Of a stretch of 64,000 bases of DNA, positions 43,331 to 57,000 are shown in pieces. Source of the stretch: Eledone cirrhosa (lineage: Eukaryota); assembly GCA_964016885.1 (NCBI GenBank), contig OZ024743.1, forward strand, positions 208,940,001 through 209,004,000, written 5' to 3'. The notes under the pieces were generated by a model. The model was given only the letters and a program-made list of their open reading frames with translations, made no database searches and had not been told where the DNA came from. Position 1 is the first letter of the stretch, and each line of letters opens with the position of its first letter. A program made the translations under genes and the position numbers.

Positions 43331-46300
43331 TCCATAAGATATACCACAGTTTACCATCCTATAGCCACAGATGAAAGCTCTTCACTCCATAAGATATACC
43401 ACAGTTTACCATCCTATAGCCACAGATGAAAGCTCTTCACTCCATAAGATATACCACATTTTACCATCCTATAGCCACACATGAGAGCTCTTCACTCTAT
43501 AAGATATACCACAGTTTACCATCCTATAGCCACACATGGAAGCTCTTCACTCCATAAGATATACCACAGTTTACCATCCGATAGCCACACATGAAAGCTC
43601 TTCACTAAATAAGATATACCACAGTTTACCATCCTATAGCCAGATGAAAGTTCTTCACTCCATAAGATATACCACAATATACCATCCTATAGCCAGATGA
43701 AAGCTCTTCACTCCATAAGATATACCATAGTTTACAATCCTATAGCCACAGATGAAAGCTTTTCATTCAATAAGATATACCACAGTTTACCATCCTATAG
43801 CCACGCATGAAAGCTCTTCACTCCATAAGATATACCGCAGTTTACCATCCTATAGCCACAGATGAAAGCTCTTCACTCCATAAGATATACCACAGTTTAC
43901 CATCCTATAGCCACAGATGAAAACTCTTCACTCCATAAGATATACCACAGTTTACCATCCTATGGCCAGAGATGAAAGCTCCTCACTCCATAAGATATAC
44001 CACGGTTTACCATCATATAGCCACAGATGAAATCTCTTCACTCCATGAGATATAACACAGTTTACCATCCTATGGCCAGAGATGAAAGCTCTTCACTCCA
44101 TAAGATATACCACAGTTTACCATCCTATAGCCACACATGAAAGCTGATCACTCCATAAGATATACCACAGTTTACCATCCTATAGCCATAGATGAAAGCT
44201 CTTCACTCCATAAGATATACGACAGTTTACCATCCTATAGCCACACATGAAAGCTCTTCACTCCATAAGATATACCACAGTTTACCATCCTATGGCCACA
44301 GATGAAAGCTCTTCACTCCATAAGATATACCACAGTTTACCATCATAGAGCCAGATGAAAGCTCTTCACTACATAAGATATACCACAGTTTACCATCCTA
44401 TAGCCACAGATGAAAGCTCTTCACTCCATAGGATATACCACAGTTTACCATCCTATAGCCACAGATGAAAGCTCTTCACTCCATAAGATATACCACAGTT
44501 TACAATCCGATAGCCACACATGAAAGCTCTTCACTCCATAAGATATACCACAGTTTACCATCCTATAGCCAGATGAAAGTTCTTCACTCCATAAGATATA
44601 CCACAGTATACCATCCTATAGCCACACATGAAAGCTCTTCACTCCATAAGATATACCACAGTTTACCATCCTATAGCCACAGATGAAAGCTCTTCACTCC
44701 ATAAGATATACCACAGTTTACCATCCTATAGCCACGCATGAAAGCTCTTCACTCCATAAGATATATCACAGTTTACCATCCTATTGCCACAGATGAAATC
44801 TCTTCACTCCATAACATATACCACAGTTGACCATCCTATAGCCACACATGAGAGCCCTTCACTCCATAAGATATACCACAGTTTACCATCCTATAGCCAC
44901 ACGTGAAAGCTCTTCACTCCATAAGATATACCACAGTTTACCATCTTATAGCCACACATGAAAGCTCTTCACTCCATAAGATATACCACAGTTTACCATC
45001 CTATAGCCACACATGAAAGCTCCTCACTCCATGAGATATACCACAGTTTACCATCCTATAGCCACAGATGAAAACTCTTCACTCCATAAGATATACCACA
45101 GTTTACCATCCTATGGCCAGAGATGAAAGCTCTTCACTCCATAAGATATACCACAGTTTACCATCCTATAGCCACACATGAAAGCTCTTCACTCCATAAG
45201 ATATACCACAGTTTACCATCATATAGCCACAGATGAAATCTCTTCACTCCATAAGATATAACACAGTTTACCATCCTATGGCCAGAGATGAAAGCTCTTC
45301 ACTCCATAAGATATACCACAGTTTACCATCCTATAGCCACACATGAAAGCTGTTCACTCCATAAGATATACCACAGTTTACCATCCTATAGCCACACATG
45401 AAAGCTCTTCACTCCATAAGATATACCACAGTTTACCATCCTATAGCCACACATGGAAGCTCTTCACTCCATAAGATATACCACAGTTGACCATCATATA
45501 GCCACACATGAAAGCTCTTCACTCCATAAGATATACCACAGTTTACCATCCTATAGCCTTAGATGAAAGCTCTTCACTCCATAAGATATACGATAGTTTA
45601 CCATCCTATAGCCAGATGAAACTCTTAAATCCATAAGATATACCACAGTTTACCATCCTATAGCCACACATGAAAGCCCTTCACTCCATAAGATATACCA
45701 CAGTTTACCATCATATAGCCACACATGAAAGCTCTTCACTCCATAAGATATACCACAGTTTACCATCCTATAGCCACAGATGAAAGCTCTTCACTCCATA
45801 AGATATACCACAGTTTACCATCCTATAGCCAGATGAAAGCTTTTCACTCCATAAGATATTCCACAGTTTACCATCCTATGCCCACAGATGAAAGCTCTTC
45901 ACTCCATAAGATATACAACAGTTTACCATCCTATAGCCACACATGAAAGCTCTTCACTCCATAATATATACCACAGTTTACCATCCTATGGCCACAGATG
46001 AAAGTTCGTCACTCCATAAGATATACCACAGTTTACAGCCCTATGGCCACAGATGAAAGCTCTTCACTCCATAAGATATACCACAGTTTACCATCCTATA
46101 GTCACATATGAAAGCTCTTCACTCCATAAGATATACCACAGTTTACCATCATAGAGCCAGATGAAAGCTCTTCACTACATAAGATATACCACAGTTTACC
46201 ATCCTATAGCCACAGATGAAAGCTCTTCACTCCATAAGATATACCACAGTTTACCATCCTATAGCCACAGATGAAAGCTCTTCACTCCATAAGATATACC

Positions 46301-48421
46301 TCAGTTTACCATCCTATGGCCAGAGATGAAAGCTCCTCACTCCATAAGATATACCACAGTTTACCATCCTATAGGCACACATGAAAGCTCTTCACTCCAT
46401 AAGATATACCACAGTTTACCATCATATAGCCACAGATGAAATCTCTTCACTCCATGAGATATAACACAGTTTATCATCCTATGGCCAGAGATGAAAGCTC
46501 TTCACTCCATAAGATATACCACAGTTTACCATCCTATAGCCACACATGAAAGCTGTTCACTCCATAAGATATACCACAGTTTACCATCCTATAGCCACAC
46601 ATGAAAGCTCTTCACTCCATAGGATATACCACAGTTTACCATCCTATAGCCACAGATGAAAGCTCTTCACTCCATAAGATATACCACAGTTTACCATCCT
46701 ATAGCCACAGATGAAAACTCTTCACTCCATAAGATATACCACAGTTTACCATCCTATGGCCAGAGATGAAATCTCCTCACTCCATAAGATATACCACAGT
46801 TTACCATCCTATAGGCACACATGAAAGGTCTTCACTCCATAAGATATACCACAGTTTACCATCATATAGCCACAGATGAAATCTCTTCACTCCATGAGAT
46901 ATAACACAGTTTACCATCCTATGGCCAGAGATGAAAGCTCTTCACTCCATAAGATATACCACAGTTTACCATCCTATAGCCACACATGAAAGCTCTTCAC
47001 TCCATAAGATATACCACAGTTTACCATCCTATAGCCACAGATGAAAGCTCTTCACTCCATAAGATATACCACAGTTTACCATCCTATAGCCACACATGAA
47101 AGCTCTTCACTCCATAAGATATACCACAGTTTACCATCTTATAGCCACACATGAAAGCTCTTCACTCCATAAGATATACCACAGTTTACCATCATATAGC
47201 CACAGATGAAATCTCTTCACTCCATAAGATATAACACAGTTTACCATCCTATGGCCAGAGATGAAATCTCTTCACTCCATAAGATATACCACATTTTACC
47301 ATCCTATAGCCACATATGAGAGCTATTCACTCTATAAGATATACCACAGTTTACCATCCTATAGCCACACATGGAAGCTCTTCACTCCATAAGATATAAC
47401 ACAGTTTACCATCCGATAGCCACACATGAAAGCTCTTCACTAAATAAGATATACCACAGTTTACCATCCTATAGCCAGATGAAAGTTCTTCACTCCATAA
47501 GATATACCACAATATACCATCCTATAGCCAGATGAAAGCTCTTCACTCCATAAGATATACCATAGTTTACAATCCTATAGCCACAGATGAAAGCTTTTCA
47601 TTCCATAAGATATACCACAGTTTACCATCCTATAGCCACGCATGAAAGCTCTTCACTCCATAAGATATACCGCAGTTTACCATCCTATAGCCACAGATGA
47701 AAGCTCTTCACTCCATAAGATATACCACAGTTTACCATCCTATAGCCACAGATGAAAACTCTTCACTCCATAAGATATACCACAGTTTACCATCCTATGG
47801 CCACACATGGAAGCTCTTCACTACATAAGATATACCACAGTTGACCATCATATAGCCACACATGAAAGCTCTTCACTCCATAAGATATACCACAGTTTAC
47901 CATCCTATAGCCATAGATGAAAGCTCTTCACTCCATAAGATATACGACAGTTTACCATCCTATAGCCACACATGAAAGCTCTTCACTCCATAAGATATAC
48001 CACAGTTTACCATCATAGAGCCAGATGAAAGCTCTTCACTACATAAGATATACCACAGTTTACCATCCTATAGCCACAGATGAAAGCTCTTCACTCCATA
48101 GGATATACCACAGTTTACCATCCTATAGCCACAGATGAAAGCTGTTCACTCCATAAGATATACCACAGTTTACAATCCGATAGCCACACATGAAAGCTCT
48201 TCACTCCATAAGATATACCACAGTTTACCATCCTATAGCCAGATGAAAGTTCTTCACTCCATAAGATATACCACAGTATACCATCCTATAGCCACACATG
48301 AAAGCTCTTCACTCCATAAGATATACCACATTTTACCATCCTATAGGCACACATGAAAGCTCTTCACTCCATAAGATATACCACAGTTTACCATCCTATA
48401 GCCACGCATGAAAGCTCTTCA

Positions 48422-51400
48422 CTCCATAAGATATATCACAGTTTACCATCCTATTGCCACAGATGAAATCTCTTCACTCCATAACATATACCACAGTTGA
48501 CCATCCTATAGCCACACATGAGAGCCCTTCACTCCATAAGATATACCACAGTTTACCATCCTATAGCCACACATGAAAGCTCTTCACTCCATAAGATATA
48601 CCACAGTTTACCATCATATAGCCACAGATGAAATCTCTTCACTCCATAAGATATAACACAGTTTACCATCCTATGGCCAGAGATGAAAGCTCTTCACTCC
48701 ATAAGATATACCACAGTTTACCATCCTATAGCCACACATGAAAGCTGTTCACTCCATAAGATATACCACAGTTTACCATCCTATAGCCACACATGAAAGC
48801 TCTTCACTCCATAAGATATACCACAGTTTACCATCCTATAGCCACACATGGAAGCTCTTCACTCCATAAGATATACCACAGTTGACCATCATATAGCCAC
48901 ACATGAAAGCTCTTCACTCCATAAGATATACCACAGTTTACCATCCTATAGCCTTAGATGAAAGCTCTTCACTCCATAAGATATACGATAGTTTACCATC
49001 CTATAGCCAGATGAAACTCTTAAATCCATAAGATATACCACAGTTTACCATCCTATAGCCACACATGAAAGCCCTTCACTCCATAAGATATACCACAGTT
49101 TACCATCATATAGCCACACATGAAAGCTCTTCACTCCATAAGATATACCACAGTTTACCATCCTATAGCCACAGATGAAAGCTCTTCACTCCATAAGATA
49201 TACCACAGTTTACCATCCTATAGCCAGATGAAAGCTTTTCACTCCATAAGATATACCACAGTTTACCATCCTATGCCCACAGATGAAAGCTCTTCACTCC
49301 ATAAGATATACAACAGTTTACCATCCTATAGCCACACATGAAAGCTCTTCACTCCATAAGATATACCACAGTTTACCATCCTATGGCCACAGATGAAAGT
49401 TCGTCACTCCATAAGATATACCACAGTTTACCGCCCTATGGCCACAGATGAAAGCTCTTCACTCCATAAGATATACCACAGTTTACCATCCTATAGTCAC
49501 ATATGAAAGCTCTTCACTCCATAAGATATACCACAGTTTACCATCATAGAGCCAGATGAAAGCTCTTCACTACATAAGATATACCACAGTTTACCATCCT
49601 ATAGCCACAGATGAAAGCTCTTCACTCCATAAGATATACCACAGTTTACCATCGTATAGCCACACATGAGAGCTCTTCACTCTATAAGATATACCACAGT
49701 TTACCATCCTATAGCCAGATGAAAGTTCTTCACTCCACAAGATATACCACAGTATACCATCCTAAAGCCACACTTGAAAGCTTTTCACTCCATAAGATAT
49801 ACAACAATTTACCATCTTATAGCCACACATGAAAGCTCTTCACTCCATAAGATATACCACAGTTTACCATCCTATAGCCACATATGAAAGCTCTTCACTC
49901 CATAAGATATACCACAGTTTACCATCCTATAGCCACACATGAGAGCTCTTCACTCCATAAGATATACCACAGTTTACCATCCTATAGCCACACATGAGAG
50001 CTCTTCACTCCATAAGATATACCACAGTTTACCATCCTATAGCCACACATGAAAGCTCTTCACTCCATAAGATATACCACAGTTTACCATCCTATAGCCA
50101 GATGAAAGCTTTTAACTCCATAAGATATACCACAGTTTACCATCCTATAGCCACAGATGAAAGCTCTTCACTCCATAAGATATACCACAGTTTACCATCC
50201 TATAGCCACAGATGAAAGCTCTTCACTCCATAAGATATACCTCAGTTTACCATCCTATGGCCAGAGATGAAAGCTCCTCACTCCATAAGATATACCACAG
50301 TTTACCATCCTATAGGCACACATGAAAGCTCTTCACTCCATAAGATATACCACAGTTTACCATCATATAGCCACAGATGAAATCTCTTCACTCCATGAGA
50401 TATAACACAGTTTATCATCCTATGGCCAGAGATGAAAGCTCTTCACTCCATAAGATATACCACAGTTTACCATCCTATAGCCACACATGAAAGCTGTTCA
50501 CTCCATAAGATATACCACAGTTTACCATCCTATAGCCACACATGAAAGCTCTTCACTCCATAAGATATACCACAGTTTACCATCCTATAGCCACAGATGA
50601 AAGCTCTTCACTCCATAAGATATACCACAGTTTACCATCCTATAGCCACAGATGAAAACTCTTCACTCCATAAGATATACCACAGTTTACCATCCTATGG
50701 CCAGAGATGAAAGCTCCTCACTCCATAAGATATACCACAGTTTACCATCCTATAGGCACACATGAAAGCTCTTCACTCCATAAGATATACCACAGTTTAC
50801 CATCATATAGCCACAGATGAAATCTCTTCACTCCATGAGATATAACACAGTTTACCATCCTATGGCCAGAGATGAAAGCTCTTCACTCCATAAGATATAC
50901 CACAGCTTACCATCCTATAGCCACACATGAAAGCTCTTCACTCCATAAGATATACCACAGTTTACCATCCTATAGCCACAGATGAAAGCTCTTCACTCCA
51001 TAAGATATACCACAGTTTACCATCCTATAGCCACACATGAAAGCTCTTCACTCCATAAGATATACCACAGTTTACCATCTTATAGCCACACATGAAAGCT
51101 CTTCACTCCATAAGATATACCACAGTTTACCATCATATAGCCACAGATGAAATCTCTTCACTCCATAAGATATAACACAGTTTACCATCCTATGGCCAGA
51201 GATGAAATCTCTTCAATCCATAAGATATATCACAGTTTACCATCCTATTGCCACAGATGAAATCTCTTCACTCCATAACATATACCACAGTTGACCATCC
51301 TATAGCCACACATGAGAGCCCTTCACTCCATAAGATATACCACAGTTTACCATCCTATAGCCACACATGAAAGCTCTTCACTCCATAAGATATACCACAG

Positions 51401-54012
51401 TTTACCATCATATAGCCACAGATGAAATCTCTTCACTCCATAAGATATAACACAGTTTACCATCCTATGGCCAGAGATGAAAGCTCTTCACTCCATAAGA
51501 TATACCACAGTTTACCATCCTATAGCCACACATGAAAGCTGTTCACTCCATAAGATATACCACAGTTTACCATCCTATAGCCACACATGAAAGCTCTTCA
51601 CTCCATAAGATATACCACAGTTTACCATCCTATAGCCACACATGGAAGCTCTTCACTCCATAAGATATACCACAGTTGACCATCATATAGCCACACATGA
51701 AAGCTCTTCACTCCATAAGATATACCACAGTTTACCATCCTATAGCCTTAGATGAAAGCTCTTCACTCCATAAGATATACGATAGTTTACCATCCTATAG
51801 CCAGATGAAACTCTTAAATCCATAAGATATACCACAGTTTACCATCCTATAGCCACACATGAAAGCCCTTCACTCCATAAGATATACCACAGTTTACCAT
51901 CATATAGCCACACATGAAAGCTCTTCACTCCATAAGATATACCACAGTTTACCATCCTATAGCCACAGATGAAAGCTCTTCACTCCATAAGATATACCAC
52001 AGTTTACCATCCTATAGCCAGATGAAAGCTTTTCACTCCATAAGATATACCACAGTTTACCATCCTATGCCCACAGATGAAAGCTCTTCACTCCATAAGA
52101 TATACAACAGTTTACCATCCTATAGCCACACATGAAAGCTCTTCACTCCATAAGATATACCACAGTTTACCATCCTATGGCCACAGATGAAAGTTCGTCA
52201 CTCCATAAGATATACCACAGTTTACCGCCCTATGGCCACAGATGAAAGCTCTTCACTCCATAAGATATACCACAGTTTACCATCCTATAGTCACATATGA
52301 AAGCTCTTCACTCCATAAGATATACCACAGTTTACCATCATAGAGCCAGATGAAAGCTCTTCACTACATAAGATATACCACAGTTTACCATCCTATAGCC
52401 ACAGATGAAAGCTCTTCACTCCATAAGATATACCACAGTTTACCATCGTATAGCCACACATGAGAGCTCTTCACTCTATAAGATATACCACAGTTTACCA
52501 TCCTATAGCCAGATGAAAGTTCTTCACTCCACAAGATATACCACAGTATACCATCCTAAAGCCACACATGAAAGCTTTTCACTCCATAAGATATACAACA
52601 ATTTACCATCTTATAGCCACACATGAAAGCTCTTCACTCCATAAGATATACCACAGTTTACCATCCTATAGCCACATATGAAAGCTCTTCACTCCATAAG
52701 ATATACCACAGTTTACCATCCTATAGCCACACATGAGAGCTCTTCACTCCATAAGATATACCACAGTTTACCATCCTATAGCCACACATGAGAGCTCTTC
52801 ACTCCATAAGATATACCACAGTTTACCATCCTATAGCCACACATGAAAGCTCTTCACTCCATAAGATATACCACAGTTTACCATCCTATAGCCAGATGAA
52901 AGCTTTTAACTCCATAAGATATACCACAGTTTACCATCCTATAGCCACAGATGAAAGCTCTTCACTCCATAAGATATACCACAGTTTACCATCCTATAGC
53001 CACAGATGAAAGCTCTTCACTCCATAAGATATACCTCAGTTTACCATCCTATGGCCAGAGATGAAAGCTCCTCACTCCATAAGATATACCACAGTTTACC
53101 ATCCTATAGGCACACATGAAAGCTCTTCACTCCATAAGATATACCACAGTTTACCATCATATAGCCACAGATGAAATCTCTTCACTCCATGAGATATAAC
53201 ACAGTTTATCATCCTATGGCCAGAGATGAAAGCTCTTCACTCCATAAGATATACCACAGTTTACCATCCTATAGCCACACATGAAAGCTGTTCACTCCAT
53301 AAGATATACCACAGTTTACCATCCTATAGCCACACATGAAAGCTCTTCACTCCATAAGATATACCACAGTTTACCATCCTATAGCCACAGATGAAAGCTC
53401 TTCACTCCATAAGATATACCACAGTTTACCATCCTATAGCCACAGATGAAAACTCTTCACTCCATAAGATATACCACAGTTTACCATCCTATGGCCAGAG
53501 ATGAAAGCTCCTCACTCCATAAGATATACCACAGTTTACCATCCTATAGGCACACATGAAAGCTCTTCACTCCATAAGATATACCACAGTTTACCATCAT
53601 ATAGCCACAGATGAAATCTCTTCACTCCATGAGATATAACACAGTTTACCATCCTATGGCCAGAGATGAAAGCTCTTCACTCCATAAGATATACCACAGC
53701 TTACCATCCTATAGCCACACATGAAAGCTCTTCACTCCATAAGATATACCACAGTTTACCATCCTATAGCCACAGATGAAAGCTCTTCACTCCATAAGAT
53801 ATACCACAGTTTACCATCCTATAGCCACACATGAAAGCTCTTCACTCCATAAGATATACCACAGTTTACCATCTTATAGCCACACATGAAAGCTCTTCAC
53901 TCCATAAGATATACCACAGTTTACCATCATATAGCCACAGATGAAATCTCTTCACTCCATAAGATATAACACAGTTTACCATCCTATGGCCAGAGATGAA
54001 ATCTCTTCAATC
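48422..54012. repeat. Near-perfect tandem duplication of a 2794-bp (51-monomer) block
   Basis: ORF pairs 49120/51914, 49611/52405 and 49994/52788 differ by 2794. ATATATCACA is at 48431 and 51225; ATCTCTTCAATCC is at 51207 and 54001. Confidence 0.95.
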
Positions 54013-57000
54013 CATAAGATATACCACAGTTTACCATCCTATAGCCACACATGAAAGCTGTTCACTCCATAAGATATACCACAGTTTACCATCCTATAGG
54101 CACACATGAAAGCTCTTCACTCCATAAGATATACCACAGTTTACCATCCTATAGCCACACATGGAAGCTATTCACTCCATAAGATATACCACAGTTGACC
54201 ATCATATAGCCACACATGAAATCTCTTCACTCCATAAGATATACCACAGTTTACCATCCTATAGCCTTAGATGAAAGCTCTTCACTCCATAAGATATACG
54301 ATAGTTTACCATCCTATAGCCAGATGAAAGCTCTTAAATCCATAAGATATACCACAGTTTACCATCCTATAGCCACACATGAAAGCCCTTCACTCCATAA
54401 GATATACCACAGTTTACCATCATATAGCCACACATGAAAGCTCTTCACTCCATAAGATATACCACAGTTTACCATCCTATAGCCACAGATGAAAACTCTT
54501 CACTCCATAAGATATACCACAGTTTACCATACTATAGCCACAGATGAAAACTCTTCACTCCATAAGATATACCACAGTTTGCCATCCTATAGCCAGATGA
54601 AAGGTTTTCACTCCATAAGATATACCACAGTTTACCATCCTATGCCCACAGATGAAAGCTCTTCACTCCATAAGATATACCACAGTTTACCATCCTATTG
54701 CCACACATGAAAGCTCTTCACTCCATAAGATATACCACAGTTTACCATCCTATGGCCACAGATGAAAGCTCTTCACTCCATAAGATATACCACAGTTTAC
54801 CACCCTATGGCCACAGATGAAAGCTCTTCACTCCATAAGATATACCACAGTTTACCATCCTATAGTCATATATGAAAGCTCTTCACTCCATAAGATATAC
54901 CACAGTTTACCATCATAGAGCCAGATGAAAGCTCTTCACTACATAAGATATACCACAGTTTACCATCCTATAGCCACAGATGAAAGCTCTTCACTCCATA
55001 AGATATACCACAGTTTACCATCGTATAGCCACACATGAGAGCTCTTCACTCTATAAGATATACCACAGTTTACCATCCTATAGCCAGATGAAAGTTCTTC
55101 ACTCCATAAGATATACCACAGTTTACCATCCTAAAGCCACACATGAAAGCTTTTCACTCCATAAGATATACCACAGTTTACCATCTTAGGGCCACACATG
55201 AAAGCTCTTCACTCCATAAGATATACCACAGTTTACCATCCTATAGCCACAGATGAAAGCTCTTCACTCCATAATATATACCACAGTTTACCATCCTATA
55301 GCCACACATGAGAGCTCTTCACTCCATAAGATATACCACAGTTTACCATCCTATAGCCACACATGAAAGCTCTTCACTCCATAAGATATACCACAGTTTA
55401 CCATCCTATAGCCGCACATGAAAGCTGTTCACTCCATAAGATATACCACAGTTTACCATCCTATAGGCACACATGAAAGCTCTTCACTCCATAAGATATA
55501 CCACAGTTTACCATCATATAGCCACAGATGAAATCTCTTCACTCCATGAGATATAACACAGTTTATCATCCTATGGCCAGAGATGAAAGCTCTTCACTCC
55601 ATAAGATATACCACAGTTTACCATCCTATAGCCACACATGAAAGCTGTTCACTCCATAAGATATACCACAGTTTACCATCCTATAGCCACACATGAAAGC
55701 TCTTCACTCCATAAGATATACCACAGTTTACCATCCTATAGCCACAGATGAAAGCTCTTCACTCCATAAGATATACCACAGTTTACCATCCTATAGCCAC
55801 AGATGAAAACTCTTCACTCCATAAGATATACCACAGTTTACCATTCTATGGCCAGAGATGAAAGCTCCTCACTCCATAAGATATACCACAGTTTACCATC
55901 CTATAGGCACACATGAAAGCTCTTCACTCCATAAGATATACCACAGTTTACCATCATATAGCCACAGATGAAATCTCTTCACTCCATGAGATATAACACA
56001 GTTTACCATCCTATGGCCAGAGTTGAAAGCTCTTCACTCCATAAGATATACCACAGTTTACCATCCTATAGCCACACATGAAAGCTGTTCACTCCATAAG
56101 ATATACCACAGTTTACCATCCTATAGCCACACATGAAAGCTCTTCACTCCATAAGATATACCACAGTTTACCATCCTATAGCCACAGATGAAAGCTCTTC
56201 ACTCCATAAGATATACCACAGTTTACCATCCTATAGCCACACATGAAAGCTCTTCACTCCATAAGATATACCACAGTTTACCATCTTATAGCCACACATG
56301 AAAGCTCTTCACTCCATAAGATATACCACAGTTTACCATCCTATAGCCACACATGAAAGCTCCTCACTCCATGAGATATACCACAGTTTACCATCCTATA
56401 GCCACAGATGAAAACTCTTCACTCCATAAGATATACCACAGTTTACCATCCTATGGCCAGAGATGAAAGCTCTTCACTCCATAAGATATACCACAGTTTA
56501 CCATCCTATAGCCACACATGAAAGCTGTTCACTCCATAAGATATACCACAGTTTACCATCCTATAGCCACACATGAAAGCTCTTCACTCCATAAGATATA
56601 CCACAGTTTACCATCCTATAGCCACACATGGAAGCTCTTCACTCCATAAGATATACCACAGTTGACCATCATATAGCCACACATGAAAGCTCTTCACTCC
56701 ATAAGATATACCACAGTTTACCATCCTATAGCCTTAGATGAAAGCTCTTCACTCCATAAGATATACGATAGTTTAACATCCTATAGCCAGATGAAAGCTC
56801 TTAAATCCATAAGATATACGACAGTTTACCATCCTATAGCCACACATGAAAGCACTTCACTCCATAAGATATACCACAGTTTACCATCATATAGCCACAC
56901 ATGAAAGCTCTTCACTCAATAAGATATACCACAGTTTACCATCCTATAGCCAGATGAAAGCTTTTCACTCCATAAGATATACCACAGTTTACCATCCTAT

